Part shown: positions 18,942 to 29,695 of the stretch, piece after piece
Numbering within the stretch: the stretch's first letter is position 1
Layout: every line of letters begins with the position of its first letter
Assembly: GCA_018304465.1 (NCBI GenBank)
Contig: JAGVWC010000011.1
Span: 87,757-151,756 of the forward strand
Length of the DNA stretch: 64,000 bases
From: Candidatus Iainarchaeum sp.
Lineage (GTDB): Archaea > Iainarchaeota > Iainarchaeia > Iainarchaeales > JAGVWC01
Direction: 5' to 3'
Notes under the pieces: generated by a model
Databases searched by the model: none
Told to the model about the DNA's origin: nothing
What the model saw: only the letters and a program-made list of their open reading frames with translations
Made by a program: the position numbers and the translations under genes

Positions 18942-19655
18942 ATGTATGGTGAAAAAGTGGCAAATGCTCGACCAGACGAATTAAACTATGACCAATACGA
19001 AAAGAAAAAATACGATCATGATATCGTACGGGTAATCCCAGGTCATGAAGAAGTACATAAACAAATTCCAAGGTTACTGCTAGGAATAAACCAAAAAAAA
19101 CCAAAAATTCTTGAACTTGGAATCGGTACCGGAATAACCGCGGATATCATCCTACGAAGGTTCCCAAAAGCGCAATATATTGGAATCGATTTTTCAAAAA
19201 ATATGCTTGTAGGCGCACAACAGCGGTTAGAACCGTACAAACCCACTTTGATCTGTGCAGATTATGCCACATGCAAATGGCCAATTGAAAATGATGTCAT
19301 CGTCTCTGTGATTTCGATTCATCATCAAGAAACAGACAGGGATAAGAAAAAATTATTCAAAAAAATTTATCGCCATCTTGCGGCGGGAGGAATCTTTATT
19401 TTTGGAGACCTAGTCACTTTCGAAGACAAAAATACCGCCGCATTCAACGAAGCACTTCATTTCCATCACCTGGTCGAAAACGCTTCTAGCCGGAAAAATC
19501 TCACGGAATGGGCGTTTCATCATAAATATCTCAATTGCTTGGCTCCTGTCGAAAAACAACTCCAGTGGCTTCAGCAAACCGGATTTGAAAAAGTCCGCCT
19601 GATTTACCACCGATATAATACCGTTCTTATTGTCGCCAACAAGGGTCATTTATGA
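18942..19655 (+). CDS. Class I SAM-dependent methyltransferase
   Basis: ILELGIGTG, GIDFSKNML, SIHH, LAAGGIFIFGD. Confidence 0.9.
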   Translation: MYGEKVANARPDELNYDQYEKKKYDHDIVRVIPGHEEVHKQIPRLLLGINQKKPKILELGIGTGITADIILRRFPKAQYIGIDFSKNMLVGAQQRLEPYKPTLICADYATCKWPIENDVIVSVISIHHQETDRDKKKLFKKIYRHLAAGGIFIFGDLVTFEDKNTAAFNEALHFHHLVENASSRKNLTEWAFHHKYLNCLAPVEKQLQWLQQTGFEKVRLIYHRYNTVLIVANKGHL

Positions 19656-21025
19656 AATTTCAAGCAATCGCGCGTGTTATCGGTCAAAAGAATAGATTTC
19701 GAACTATTTGTGGATCTACTGTTCGGGTGATTCGATTAAACAATGCCGCCACCACGCCTCCGTTTGTAGAAACATGCTCTGCCGTAAACCGATTTCTTAA
19801 AACCTATGGCGCTCTTCACAGAGGCGCCGGACCCAATGCCAATAAAACCGTAAACGAAGTTAATCAGTCGGTTCGAATTATCCGCTCATTTGTAAATGCA
19901 TCCAAAGACCAGTCCGTTTTATTCACTCAAAACACCAGTGAAGCGATCAATCTCTTGGCTCGACTCTTTCGTCTGAATAAAAAAGACGTTATTTTGACTT
20001 CTTCCGTTGAACATACTTCCAACAATCTTCCCTGGAGATATAATACTCCCGCCAAAATAGTATCCGTTCATTCATTTCCGGATGGCTCACTTGATCTGCG
20101 GGATTTTGAAAAAAAGGCAATTCGATTTCGAAAAAAACTACGAATCGTTGCGATTACGGGTGCTTCGAATCAGACAGGATATATCCCCAATATCCCGAAA
20201 ATTTCCAAAATAACACACCAGAATAACGGGCTTCTCTTTATTGATGCGGCTCAATTGGCGCCTCATCGACCGATAAATATGAAACGCGACGGGATTGATG
20301 CGTTGGCTTTTTCAGGGCATAAACTATATGCGCCCTTTGGAACCGGAGTTCTGGTCCTTCCGCAAAAGCTGTTAGATTCCGTTCCCGTGAATCCCGGCGG
20401 GGGATCAATCGACATGATTAGTACTCACGGAATCATCTGGTCGGCGCCAGCAGTGCGGCATCAGACCGGTACCTGGAACGCCACAGGAATAATTGCATTG
20501 GGCGCAAGCTGTCGGATCATTCGAAAAATAGGCTGGAAAAAAATTATGAAACACGAACGGCAATTGCTCAATTATACGCTTCAACAGTTGCAAAAAATTC
20601 CGGAAGTAACCTTATATGTTTCTCCAGAAAAATATCTTTTGGAAAACCGGGTCGCGACAATCCCCTTCAATCTGAAAGGATTTCATCATGCCAAACTATC
20701 CGCAATACTTGATCATGAATACGGGATTGAAACTCGTGCTGGAACCATTTGCAATCACCAATTAGTCCGAAAATGGTTTCAGGTCAGCAACAAGACCCAA
20801 AAAGAAATCGAAAAGAAAATCCGAAAAAAAAATCGATTGGCAAGTTATGGAATTGTACGAATCAGTATCGGTCTGCACAACAGCTTTTCAGACATGAGAA
20901 AATTGATTCGAGCAATAAAAAAAGTGAATCAAAATGGATCCGCACTGAAATACAAGCCAGATCCACTTGACGAAACATTTGTTCCCGATCAACGTCAGGT
21001 TCCTTCTTTCCACGACGCCAAATAG
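19652..21025 (+). CDS. Class V PLP-dependent aminotransferase / cysteine desulfurase-like
   Basis: LNNAATT, EHTSN, DAAQLAPH, FSGHKLYAP, RAGTIC. Confidence 0.9.
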   Translation: MKFQAIARVIGQKNRFRTICGSTVRVIRLNNAATTPPFVETCSAVNRFLKTYGALHRGAGPNANKTVNEVNQSVRIIRSFVNASKDQSVLFTQNTSEAINLLARLFRLNKKDVILTSSVEHTSNNLPWRYNTPAKIVSVHSFPDGSLDLRDFEKKAIRFRKKLRIVAITGASNQTGYIPNIPKISKITHQNNGLLFIDAAQLAPHRPINMKRDGIDALAFSGHKLYAPFGTGVLVLPQKLLDSVPVNPGGGSIDMISTHGIIWSAPAVRHQTGTWNATGIIALGASCRIIRKIGWKKIMKHERQLLNYTLQQLQKIPEVTLYVSPEKYLLENRVATIPFNLKGFHHAKLSAILDHEYGIETRAGTICNHQLVRKWFQVSNKTQKEIEKKIRKKNRLASYGIVRISIGLHNSFSDMRKLIRAIKKVNQNGSALKYKPDPLDETFVPDQRQVPSFHDAK

Positions 21026-22251
21026 TCTTTTTGAGCCTGCGTTAACTGGTCGATTTTGACGTTCAAACTATCCAGTTTGAGCTTGGCGATATTCGAATCC
21101 ACTTCGCTTGGCAACACGTGCACGCCCGCTTTTAATTTTCCCTTGTTTTTGACGCCGAATTCGAGCGCCAATGCCTGGCCGCAAAAACTCAAATCCATGA
21201 CTTCGGATGGATGACCTTCGGCCGCCGCGAGATTGACCAATCGTCCTTCACCGCACAAAAAAATCTTGTGCCCGTTTGGCAGTAAATACTCGTCTAATTG
21301 CCAGCGCAATCGGCGCTTTGATTTCGCGTTTTTTTCCAAGGCCTCAATATCGATTTCGACATTAAAGTGCCCGCTGTTCGCCAAAATCGCGCCGTTTTTC
21401 ATTTCTTTCATATGATCCCAGGTAATGACATCTTTGTCACCTGTGACCGTAATGAAAATATCCGCGATCGAAGCAACATCCTTCATTTTCAGAACCCGAA
21501 AACCGTCCGCGTACGCCTGCAAACCACAAACCGAATCCACTTCCGTAACGATCACGTTGGCACCGAAGCCTTTGGCGCGCAATGCCACGCCTTTTCCGCA
21601 ATCCCCGTACCCCGCAATGACCACGGTTTTTCCCGCGAACAAAATATTGGTCGCGCGAAGAATGCCATCCAAGGTCGATTGGCCGGTACCATAATAATTG
21701 TCAAACAAATGCTTGGTTTTGTTGTCGTTTACCGCGACAATCGGGTACCGCAACGCGTTATCGCGTTCCATCGCGCGCAACCGGATGATTCCCGTCGTGG
21801 TTTCTTCGGTTCCGACAATCAAATCCTTCAACAATTCCGGCCGCTTCAAATGAATTTCCGAAATCAAATCCGCACCGTCATCAATCGTGGCCTGCGGTTT
21901 GAAATCCAGCACCGCGTTCAAAAATTTGTAGTAATCTTCCTTGGTTTCTCCTTTGTACGCGTACACCCGCACGCCTTCCGCCGCCAACGCCGCCGCCACG
22001 TCGTCTTGGGTGGACAACGGATTACAACCCGTGATCGCGACTTCGGCTCCGCCCGCAATCAACGTTCGAACCAATACCCCGGTTTCTTTGGTGACATGCA
22101 ACGCCATTCCAACGCGAATACCCTGGAGCGGCTTTTCTTTTTCAAAGCGTTTTCGAACCTGGGCCAAAGCACCCATCTGCATTTCCGCCCATTCCATATT
22201 TTTTTTTCCCTGTTCGGCCAAGGATTCGTCTTTCACAAAAAAATTTTTCAT
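20995..22251 (-). CDS. ahcY: S-adenosyl-L-homocysteine hydrolase
   Basis: CNPLSTQD, EETTTG, KHLFDNYYGTGQS, GRLVNLAAAEGHP. Confidence 0.97.
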   Translation of the reverse strand: MKNFFVKDESLAEQGKKNMEWAEMQMGALAQVRKRFEKEKPLQGIRVGMALHVTKETGVLVRTLIAGGAEVAITGCNPLSTQDDVAAALAAEGVRVYAYKGETKEDYYKFLNAVLDFKPQATIDDGADLISEIHLKRPELLKDLIVGTEETTTGIIRLRAMERDNALRYPIVAVNDNKTKHLFDNYYGTGQSTLDGILRATNILFAGKTVVIAGYGDCGKGVALRAKGFGANVIVTEVDSVCGLQAYADGFRVLKMKDVASIADIFITVTGDKDVITWDHMKEMKNGAILANSGHFNVEIDIEALEKNAKSKRRLRWQLDEYLLPNGHKIFLCGEGRLVNLAAAEGHPSEVMDLSFCGQALALEFGVKNKGKLKAGVHVLPSEVDSNIAKLKLDSLNVKIDQLTQAQKDYLASWKEGT

Positions 22252-22391
22252 TCCGTCACTTCCGCAAAAAAAAAACCGGTCTTTTTTAGGATTCATGGGA
22301 CGCATTCATTAAATATGTTTGGTTCAAACCCCAAAATCCACTCCAAAAGGTTTTATACATTTGCCAAAGGATTCTAATAACCGGTTACCCT

Positions 22392-23660
22392 ATGGCCCAC
22401 ACCACGTATTTCAGCGAAATATATCACAAGCCCATTTTGGACGACAAGGGAAAACACCTGGAAAAACTATCCGACTTGATTTTTAAAGATGGAGAAGAAC
22501 TCGCCGAAATCACGCACATGGTGCTGATCGTAAACGGAAAAAAACTCAAATTCAAATGGGACTACGTGGCGACCATCGGACCCAAGATTTACCTTAACGC
22601 GGTCAAGGAAAAAGTGCACGTATCCGAAGTAACCGACTCGGATTTGCTGGTCAACGAAATCCTGATGGACCGCCAGTTGGTCGACATCAACGGACTCAAA
22701 GTCGTGCGTGTCAATGACGTGTTGTTGACCAAAAACAAGCAAAAATTCTTCATTTCCGCCGTCGGAGTGGGTCTTCGAAGCCTTCTTCGCCGCCTCGGAC
22801 TCGAAAAACCCGTGCTGCTCGCGATTCCGAATCTCAAAGCAAACCTCGTGCCCTGGCAGTACGTGCAGTCGCTTTCCACCGCAAGCTCCCACTTAGAACT
22901 CAAGTTTTCCAGACAAAAAATAAACGACGTTCATCCCGCGGACATCGCGGACTTGATGGACGAATTATCGCATTCCGAACGACAGATCCTGTTCAATTCG
23001 TTGGATGAACAAACCGCGGCCGAAACACTCGCAGAAGCCCAACCCGAAATCCAGCGAAGCCTGGTGGAACACCTTCACGAAGCCAAGATGAATTCGATTC
23101 TGCGCAAATTATCCCCCTCCGAAATCGTCGATTTGTTCGGAAGCGCTTCCACGGCGTCACGCGTCAAGCTATTCGCATTGATGGAACAAATGGACAAACA
23201 AGTATTCAAAAAAATCGCCCGATTACTGCCGTTTCCAGACGAATGGGCCGGCGGACTGATGAAAACCGAATATTTCGCCATTCCCGTGAATTTCACGGTC
23301 CAACAAACGCGCAATTACCTCAAAAAACAAAAAGACATCGAGGATTTTCATCATTTATACGTGGTTGACGAGGAAAGAAAACTCGTAGGACAATTATTGT
23401 TAAAAGATTTGTTCCTGCAAAAATCAAAATCAAAAATCCGAGACATCATGGATTCGCAAGTGATTTACGTGCACCTCAAAGACCCGCTTAAAAAAGTCGC
23501 GAATACGTTCTCGAAATACCACTTGTACGCGTTACCCGTCGTTGACAAAAACGAACGACTCGCGGGCATCATCACCATGAATGACGTCTTCGAAGAAGTC
23601 TCGCCCAAACACTGGCGCAAACAATCGTACTTTGCCAAACGCACCCACCCCGAAAAATGA
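22392..23660 (+). CDS. MgtE intracellular N-domain/CBS protein (PRC barrel + MgtE_N + CBS pair)
   Basis: DRQLVDINGLKVVRVNDV, HPADIADLM, two CBS domains; no TM segments. Confidence 0.85.
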   Translation: MAHTTYFSEIYHKPILDDKGKHLEKLSDLIFKDGEELAEITHMVLIVNGKKLKFKWDYVATIGPKIYLNAVKEKVHVSEVTDSDLLVNEILMDRQLVDINGLKVVRVNDVLLTKNKQKFFISAVGVGLRSLLRRLGLEKPVLLAIPNLKANLVPWQYVQSLSTASSHLELKFSRQKINDVHPADIADLMDELSHSERQILFNSLDEQTAAETLAEAQPEIQRSLVEHLHEAKMNSILRKLSPSEIVDLFGSASTASRVKLFALMEQMDKQVFKKIARLLPFPDEWAGGLMKTEYFAIPVNFTVQQTRNYLKKQKDIEDFHHLYVVDEERKLVGQLLLKDLFLQKSKSKIRDIMDSQVIYVHLKDPLKKVANTFSKYHLYALPVVDKNERLAGIITMNDVFEEVSPKHWRKQSYFAKRTHPEK

Positions 23661-23669
23661 AGTGATGCC

Positions 23670-24911
23670 ATGGGATTCAAATTCGACAAAAAAACAATCC
23701 TGATTTTCCTGATGACGCTCGGCCCCGGAATCATTACGAGCGCCGTGGACAACGACGCCGGCGGCATCACGACGTACTCGATTGCCGGAGCGCACTTCGG
23801 ATACTCGTTGCTTTGGACCATGATTCCGATCGCGATTCTTTTGATCGTCATCCAGGAAATGGGAATCCGCATGGGAATCGCCACGGGCAAAGGATTATCC
23901 GACCTGATCCGCGAAAATTTCAAAGTCAAAATCACCATGCTGCTCATGATCGGGCTTGTTCTCACCAATCTGGGAAACGTCATCGCCGAATTCGCAGGAA
24001 TCGCGGCATCGGGAGAATTATTTGCCATTCCCAAACTGATACTCGTTCCGTTATGCGCGATTTTCGTCTGGATCTTAATCGTCAAGGGAAACTACCAAAG
24101 CATCGAACGCGCGTTTTTGGTCGCCACCTTGTTTTATTTCTGTTACGTCGCCGCGGGAATCATGTCAAATCCGGATTGGGCCGAAGTCGCTCGAAACGTT
24201 GTGACGCCCCAAATGGCGTTCGAAGCCGCTTATATCACGATCCTGGTGGGGCTGGTGGGAACCACGATCGCGCCCTGGATGCAGTTTTATTTACAATCCG
24301 CCGTGGTTGAAAAAGGCGTCAAAAAAGAACAATACCAATTTTCGCGTATCGACGTCATCATCGGAAGCCTGATCACCGTCGTCATCATGTTTTTCATCAT
24401 CGTGGCGACCGCGGCGCTTCACCCAGCCGGAATCCGCATTGAAACCGCCGGAGACGCCGCACGCGCATTGGAACCGCTCGCCGGGGCATACGCCACGATT
24501 CTGTTTGGCGTGGGATTGTTCGTGGCCTCGTTGTTTGCCGCCGCGATTCTTCCGCTTTCCACCGCGTATTTCGTTTGCGAAGCCTTCGGATGGAACAGCG
24601 GCGTCAACAAAACCCTAAAAGAAGCGCCTGAATTCTACGGTCTCATCACGTTTTTGCTCGGAATCGGCGCCCTGATCATTTTACTGCCCGACATCCCGCT
24701 TGTCCGCATTATGTACTTTTCCCAAGTACTCAACGGTCTGATGCTGCCCGTCATTCTGATCATGATGCTGTTGCTCGTCAACAACAAAAAACTCATGGGA
24801 GAACACGCCAACGGCCAGTGGTTCAATATTTTTTCGATTGTTTCAATCGTGGTCCTGATTCTTTTGAACCTGACGATGATCGGACAAGCCATCGGCTTGA
24901 TCCAATCCTAA
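23670..24911 (+). CDS. NRAMP-family divalent metal transporter
   Basis: GPGIITSAVDNDAGGITTYS, GTTIAPWMQFY; multiple TM helices. Confidence 0.9.
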   Translation: MGFKFDKKTILIFLMTLGPGIITSAVDNDAGGITTYSIAGAHFGYSLLWTMIPIAILLIVIQEMGIRMGIATGKGLSDLIRENFKVKITMLLMIGLVLTNLGNVIAEFAGIAASGELFAIPKLILVPLCAIFVWILIVKGNYQSIERAFLVATLFYFCYVAAGIMSNPDWAEVARNVVTPQMAFEAAYITILVGLVGTTIAPWMQFYLQSAVVEKGVKKEQYQFSRIDVIIGSLITVVIMFFIIVATAALHPAGIRIETAGDAARALEPLAGAYATILFGVGLFVASLFAAAILPLSTAYFVCEAFGWNSGVNKTLKEAPEFYGLITFLLGIGALIILLPDIPLVRIMYFSQVLNGLMLPVILIMMLLLVNNKKLMGEHANGQWFNIFSIVSIVVLILLNLTMIGQAIGLIQS

Positions 24912-24936
24912 AAATCGTTTGCAAAAAGAAACCGGT

Positions 24937-25131
24937 TCAATCAATCCATTTGAACTGGCAGGTTTTGCATACCCAGTCCGGGTTTCCTTCTTCGTAAAAA
25001 TTTCCGCCGACAATCGCCCGTCCCGCGGCGACTTCTTGTCTTAGATTCGAATCCATTTCCGCGTACACGATGGGAACTACGTTGGTTCCTCGGCACTTGG
25101 GACAATTCGGTTTTAGAAACTGTATCGCCAT
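24937..25131 (-). CDS. Small Zn-ribbon protein
   Basis: CPKC...WVCKTC; GAGGTG SD upstream. Confidence 0.7.
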   Translation of the reverse strand: MAIQFLKPNCPKCRGTNVVPIVYAEMDSNLRQEVAAGRAIVGGNFYEEGNPDWVCKTCQFKWID

Positions 25132-25145
25132 CACAAACACCTCGC

Positions 25146-26057
25146 TTAAAATAAAACGATTTTTCTGAATTCTCTTACGCGTTGCCGGATTTCGGTTTGG
25201 GTCAGCGACAAGAGCCGATTGAACGAAAAGTCTTCGGCGTTAAACGACGCCACCGCGCTTGCCGTCACCAAGGCGCGTCGAATATTTGATTCGTCAAAAT
25301 TCATGGATTGCGCCAAAAACCCCAAAAAAGCCCCCGCGAACGCGTCTCCGCACCCCGTGGGATCCTTGATGTTTTCCAACGCGTATCCCGGCAAGGCAAA
25401 ATACGAATTGTTATCCGAAAAAAGCACCACGCCGTTTTCGCCTTTCTTGATAATCGCGTACTTGGAATTCAGTTTCAAAATTTCCTTGGCGCATTTCACC
25501 AGATTCGTTGTTTTAAACAACATGCGCGCTTCCGCGTCGTTCATCAACCCGATGTCCGCGCTTCTCACCATTTCGCGTACTTTGGCCGGATTTTTCTTGA
25601 TGTAAAAATTCATGGTGTCGCACACCGACAACCGGGGCTTTCGCGCCATTTGCTTTAACACCGACAACTGCTGTTCCGGATCGGAATTGGCCAAAAACAA
25701 AAAAGGAATCCGCGCGTGTCTTTCGGACAACGTCGGAACAAAATCCGCGTACGCGTTCAATTTGATCGCGTCTGTTTTGGCGTCGTTAATATCGTATCCG
25801 TAATGCGCCCGCCACACCATGGTTTTCTTGGACGGATGCACTTCGATTCCACTGGTGTCAATTCCTTGTTTTTCAAATACTTCCATGTGTTTTTTGGAAA
25901 AATCTTTTCCCACCATCGACACCAACGCAGTGGGAACAAAAAAACTCGCGGCAATCGCGGAATACGAACCGGATCCGCCCACGACTTTGTTGGCCCGGCC
26001 AAACGGCGTGGAAACCGAATCGATTCCAATGCTTCCAACCGACAACAAATTCGGCAT
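25146..26057 (-). CDS. PfkB-family carbohydrate/nucleoside kinase
   Basis: GGSGSY, DPTGCGDAFAGAF. Confidence 0.92.
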   Translation of the reverse strand: MPNLLSVGSIGIDSVSTPFGRANKVVGGSGSYSAIAASFFVPTALVSMVGKDFSKKHMEVFEKQGIDTSGIEVHPSKKTMVWRAHYGYDINDAKTDAIKLNAYADFVPTLSERHARIPFLFLANSDPEQQLSVLKQMARKPRLSVCDTMNFYIKKNPAKVREMVRSADIGLMNDAEARMLFKTTNLVKCAKEILKLNSKYAIIKKGENGVVLFSDNNSYFALPGYALENIKDPTGCGDAFAGAFLGFLAQSMNFDESNIRRALVTASAVASFNAEDFSFNRLLSLTQTEIRQRVREFRKIVLF

Positions 26058-26744
26058 TTATTTTTTCCCCTTTTTCGAACCCGGAACCATCTGGTTTTTG
26101 ACGGCGTCCAGTTTGGCGGTAATGTCGGACAAAATCTTCGGGATTTCCCCGCCCGCATTCACTTCGAATACCATTCCGCGTTTCTTGTAAAAATCAATAA
26201 TGGGACGCGTTTGTTCTTCGAACAATTGCCAGCGTTTTCGAATCGCTTCTTCCTTGTCGTCTTCGCGCTGGTACAGTTCTCCGCCGTCCAAATCGCATTT
26301 GCCCGGAACTTTGGAAGGCAAATTCGTCACGTGATAAATCTTTCCGCATACCTTGCATTGAATGCGACCCGTAATGCGCTGCAACAAAATCTTGTCATCA
26401 GCCCCAAACAACAAAACCAAATCAAGTTTTTTTTTCGTTTGATCCATCAAAGAATCCAGCATCTGGGCTTGCTTGACGGTTCGAGGATACCCGTCCAGAA
26501 TAAAACCGTTTTTGCAGTCCTCCGCGCCAAGACGCAATTCCAACAATTGCGAAACCAGTTCATCCGAAACCAATCCGCCTTCTTTCATGGTTTTGGCGAC
26601 ACGTTGACCCAGCGGGGACGGCTTTTTGGCTTCTTCGCGCAGCAAATCGCCCGTTGAAATCTGCGGCAAGGAATACTTCGCGCTGATGCGCTGGGCATAG
26701 GTTCCTTTTCCAACGCCTTGCTTTCCCAAAAACACCAAATTCAT
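26058..26744 (-). CDS. adk: Adenylate kinase
   Basis: GKQGVGKGT, STGDLLR, GFILDGYPRT, LID domain with CxxC. Confidence 0.95.
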   Translation of the reverse strand: MNLVFLGKQGVGKGTYAQRISAKYSLPQISTGDLLREEAKKPSPLGQRVAKTMKEGGLVSDELVSQLLELRLGAEDCKNGFILDGYPRTVKQAQMLDSLMDQTKKKLDLVLLFGADDKILLQRITGRIQCKVCGKIYHVTNLPSKVPGKCDLDGGELYQREDDKEEAIRKRWQLFEEQTRPIIDFYKKRGMVFEVNAGGEIPKILSDITAKLDAVKNQMVPGSKKGKK

Positions 26745-26816
26745 TTTTCCGACCTCGCTCTTGCTGATTACAAGAACACCGCACTTTTTAAAAGTGTTCC
26801 CCCAAAACCACTCGGA

Positions 26817-27698
26817 TCACTTTTGGGCCTTGACTGAAAAATCAATCACGGCTTGCAGGATTTCCTTTGAAAACGAACGGACTTTTTTCTTTTCCAGAAA
26901 AACAACCGAAAACCCGTGTTCCTTCGCTTTTTTGGTGATCAATTTTTCAAGAGCAGAAAACGGGTCGCTTGCGGGAGCGAATGCGTAAAAATGAATGACG
27001 CACCCCGCGGGATTAGCCCCAAAAAGCGCAGCGTCCAAAAAATCCTCGCTTCCGCGGGGCATCGGCATGGTGATCCGGTCAAACGCGCCTTTGAATTTTT
27101 TGGGAACAATCCTATTAACGTCCCCAAGCACGGGCACGACTTTTTCACCGACTTTGTTCGCGGCGATGTTAAATTCCATGTCTTTGACCGCGATCGGATT
27201 CAGTTCGATCGCAACCGCTTTTTTCATCAAAGAATTTTTCGCGAAAACAATCGGAAACGGGCCCACGCCGGCAAACAACGTACCGATGGTTTCACCCGCT
27301 TGAATCAATTTCGAAATGCGCAGCCGTTCGGTTCCAAGTCGCGGTGAAAAAAAAACTTTTCCCAAATGAATCTGAAACACGCAGCCGCTTTCGCGATACG
27401 TGGCCAGTAATCTTTTTTTTCCCGCGATGACTTTAAGCGGTTCCGCCCGAAAACGCCCTTTGTGCGCGCCGGCTTTCTTGGCAATCGTTTCGAAACGTGG
27501 ATTGGTTTCAAGCAACGCCTGACCGATCTTTTTTTCTTTTTTCACCAGTTCATCCGGAATTTCAATGATCGCGACGTTGCCCAGCGAATCAAAACTCGAA
27601 ACCAAGTACTCGAATTCTTTTGGGGTCAAAATTCCTTTGAGCCGCTCTTTTAGACTTTGCGGACGCGACCCTTTTTTTATTTCAACCAAACGAGCCAT
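26817..27698 (-). CDS. Trm5/TYW2-family tRNA methyltransferase
   Basis: VFFSPRLGTER, LFAGVGPF, ELNP, DRITMPMP. Confidence 0.88.
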   Translation of the reverse strand: MARLVEIKKGSRPQSLKERLKGILTPKEFEYLVSSFDSLGNVAIIEIPDELVKKEKKIGQALLETNPRFETIAKKAGAHKGRFRAEPLKVIAGKKRLLATYRESGCVFQIHLGKVFFSPRLGTERLRISKLIQAGETIGTLFAGVGPFPIVFAKNSLMKKAVAIELNPIAVKDMEFNIAANKVGEKVVPVLGDVNRIVPKKFKGAFDRITMPMPRGSEDFLDAALFGANPAGCVIHFYAFAPASDPFSALEKLITKKAKEHGFSVVFLEKKKVRSFSKEILQAVIDFSVKAQK

Positions 27699-27759
27699 AA
27701 TCAATATGAAAAACAACAGGCGTTTTGTTTAAAACCATTTTCCAAACACAAATCGTATC

Positions 27760-28602
27760 ATGGTCATCGAAATATTGAACGATTTTTTCTGCAAGCCAAT
27801 CCTAAACTACGAAGGATACAACCTCGTCAACACCTTGGTGTACGGCGTGATTTTGCTCGTGATCGCGTTCAAAATCGTCTACCCGTTTTTTAACAAACGA
27901 AACATCCGCTTTGACCACCGATTCCTGATTTCCCTGTTGCCCTTTATCCTATTGGGTTCCTCGTTTCGGATTTTCGAAGACCTCAAACTGATTCCGCGGT
28001 CCTGCAATCCATTAGAACCCGCATTTTACACCATTTCTCCCGGCGTATACATTTTCATCGGAATCTTAACGATTCTTTCCTTATGGCTCTCGCTTGAAAT
28101 ATCCAAAAAAACCAAGTACAGCGCCTTGACCGTGTTCACGGCCATCGGAAGCGTTTTCGCTCTGATCAGCCTCGTATTTTTGGCGCCCTTCATCACCGAA
28201 TGGATCGCCGTAATCGCGATACCGGTTTTCACGCTGCTCCTCGTGATCGGCGCGACGATCCTGACGCGTATGCACTCCAAAACCAAAACGCTTCTGGATC
28301 ACAACCCGCAAAACCAACTCGTTTTGTTCGGACAATTACTCGACGGAAGCGCGACGTTTACCGCGATCCAGTTCTTCGGTTTTTCCGAACAACACGTCGT
28401 CAGCAACGCCATCATCCAGGGTTTTGGCCCCATCGCGTTTTTAATCGTAAAATTCGGTTTGATGCTCGCGATACTGTATTTTGCCGACAAGGAAATCGAA
28501 GATGAAAACCTTCGCGGATTCATCAAGATTTTTATCGCCATCATCGGGTTTGCTCCAGGAATCCGGGACGTTCTCCTCATCGGAGTCGGACTCGGATCCT
28601 AA
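27760..28602 (+). CDS. DUF63-family membrane protein
   Basis: GYNLVNTLVYG, GQLLDGSATF, EQHVV, GFAPGIRD. Confidence 0.85.
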   Translation: MVIEILNDFFCKPILNYEGYNLVNTLVYGVILLVIAFKIVYPFFNKRNIRFDHRFLISLLPFILLGSSFRIFEDLKLIPRSCNPLEPAFYTISPGVYIFIGILTILSLWLSLEISKKTKYSALTVFTAIGSVFALISLVFLAPFITEWIAVIAIPVFTLLLVIGATILTRMHSKTKTLLDHNPQNQLVLFGQLLDGSATFTAIQFFGFSEQHVVSNAIIQGFGPIAFLIVKFGLMLAILYFADKEIEDENLRGFIKIFIAIIGFAPGIRDVLLIGVGLGS

Positions 28603-28636
28603 AAAGGTTTAATAACTTCCAATGGAAATAGTCGCT

Positions 28637-29398
28637 ATGCTGTACGTGATCGGAATCGGACTTTCGCCGCAACAAATGACGCTTGAAGCAGTGGCAGCTG
28701 TCAAAAAAAGCCGGAAAATATACCTTGAAAACTATACCAGCGCGTTTGCCAGTGGAACCCGCAAACAATTGGAAAAAATCCTGCACAAAAAAATAACGGT
28801 TTTGACGCGAAAACAAGTCGAAGAAGAATTCACGCCGGTTCTATCGCTTGCGCGCAAAAAAACCGTCGCATTACTGGTCTACGGAAACCCCTTGTTTGCC
28901 ACCACCCACATCCAGTTGATCCTCGACGCGCAAGCCAAGCGAACCCCTATTACCGTCATTCCGGGAATTTCCATTGTGAATTATGTCGGCGCCACCGGAC
29001 TTGACGCCTACAAATTCGGCCGCACTGCAACCGTCGTGTTCCAAGAACCCAATTATTCGCCTCACTCGTTTTTTGACATCATCGAAAAAAACAGCCAAGC
29101 GGGACTACACTCGCTGTGCCTGCTTGATATTCGCACGGATGAAAACCGTTTCATGACCGTTACCGAGGCCATCGCGATACTGCGAAAAATAGCGGATTTT
29201 CGAAACTCCGATTTGATCCAAAACACAGTGCTAATTGGGTTGTATGGTGTCGGCGGCAAAAACCAGCGGATCCGAATCGAAAACCCTTCGATCACCCGAA
29301 AACCCATCGAAGCGTATCCCCAATCCCTGATCGTTTGCGGCAAACTCAATCCCAAAGAACAAGAAGCCATTGAATTGTTTCGGGGGAAAAAACGATGA
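28637..29398 (+). CDS. dph5: Diphthine synthase
   Basis: LYVIGIGL, YLENYTS, GNPLFATTH, YKFGRT, GLHSLCLLDI. Confidence 0.93.
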   Translation: MLYVIGIGLSPQQMTLEAVAAVKKSRKIYLENYTSAFASGTRKQLEKILHKKITVLTRKQVEEEFTPVLSLARKKTVALLVYGNPLFATTHIQLILDAQAKRTPITVIPGISIVNYVGATGLDAYKFGRTATVVFQEPNYSPHSFFDIIEKNSQAGLHSLCLLDIRTDENRFMTVTEAIAILRKIADFRNSDLIQNTVLIGLYGVGGKNQRIRIENPSITRKPIEAYPQSLIVCGKLNPKEQEAIELFRGKKR

Positions 29399-29682
29399 AC
29401 GAAACACTTCGGCACAAAACCAAAAAATACCGGCTATTAACCGAAGAAGCATTGCGAGTCATCCAAGTCTCAAAACCGCTTTCAACCAAAGAAAAAAAAA
29501 TCGCGGCCGACTTTTTGCAAATGACGCGAAATTATTTTTCCGACGGACAACACTTCGAACATCAAAAAGAATTCGCTACGGCACTTGCGGCCTATTCGTA
29601 TGCACACGCATGGCTGGACGCAGGAGTACGCGCCGGATTATTCGACGCAAAAGGAAACGACCGGTTGTTCACGCTACAATAA
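29395..29682 (+). CDS. DUF357 protein
   Basis: NYFSDGQHF...YAHAWLDAGVRAGLF. Confidence 0.88.
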   Translation: MNETLRHKTKKYRLLTEEALRVIQVSKPLSTKEKKIAADFLQMTRNYFSDGQHFEHQKEFATALAAYSYAHAWLDAGVRAGLFDAKGNDRLFTLQ

Positions 29683-29695
29683 AAAAAGATTGGGG

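Noticed and set aside
21367-22377. Long antisense ORFs (also 25716-26657, 33897-34817, 39757-40668, 57340-58287, 59283-60197)
   Set aside because: Shadow ORFs opposite well-supported genes, with no recognisable motifs.
22392-24911. MgtE cytosolic domain paired with an NRAMP gene as a novel transporter
   Set aside because: A known, widespread gene pairing.
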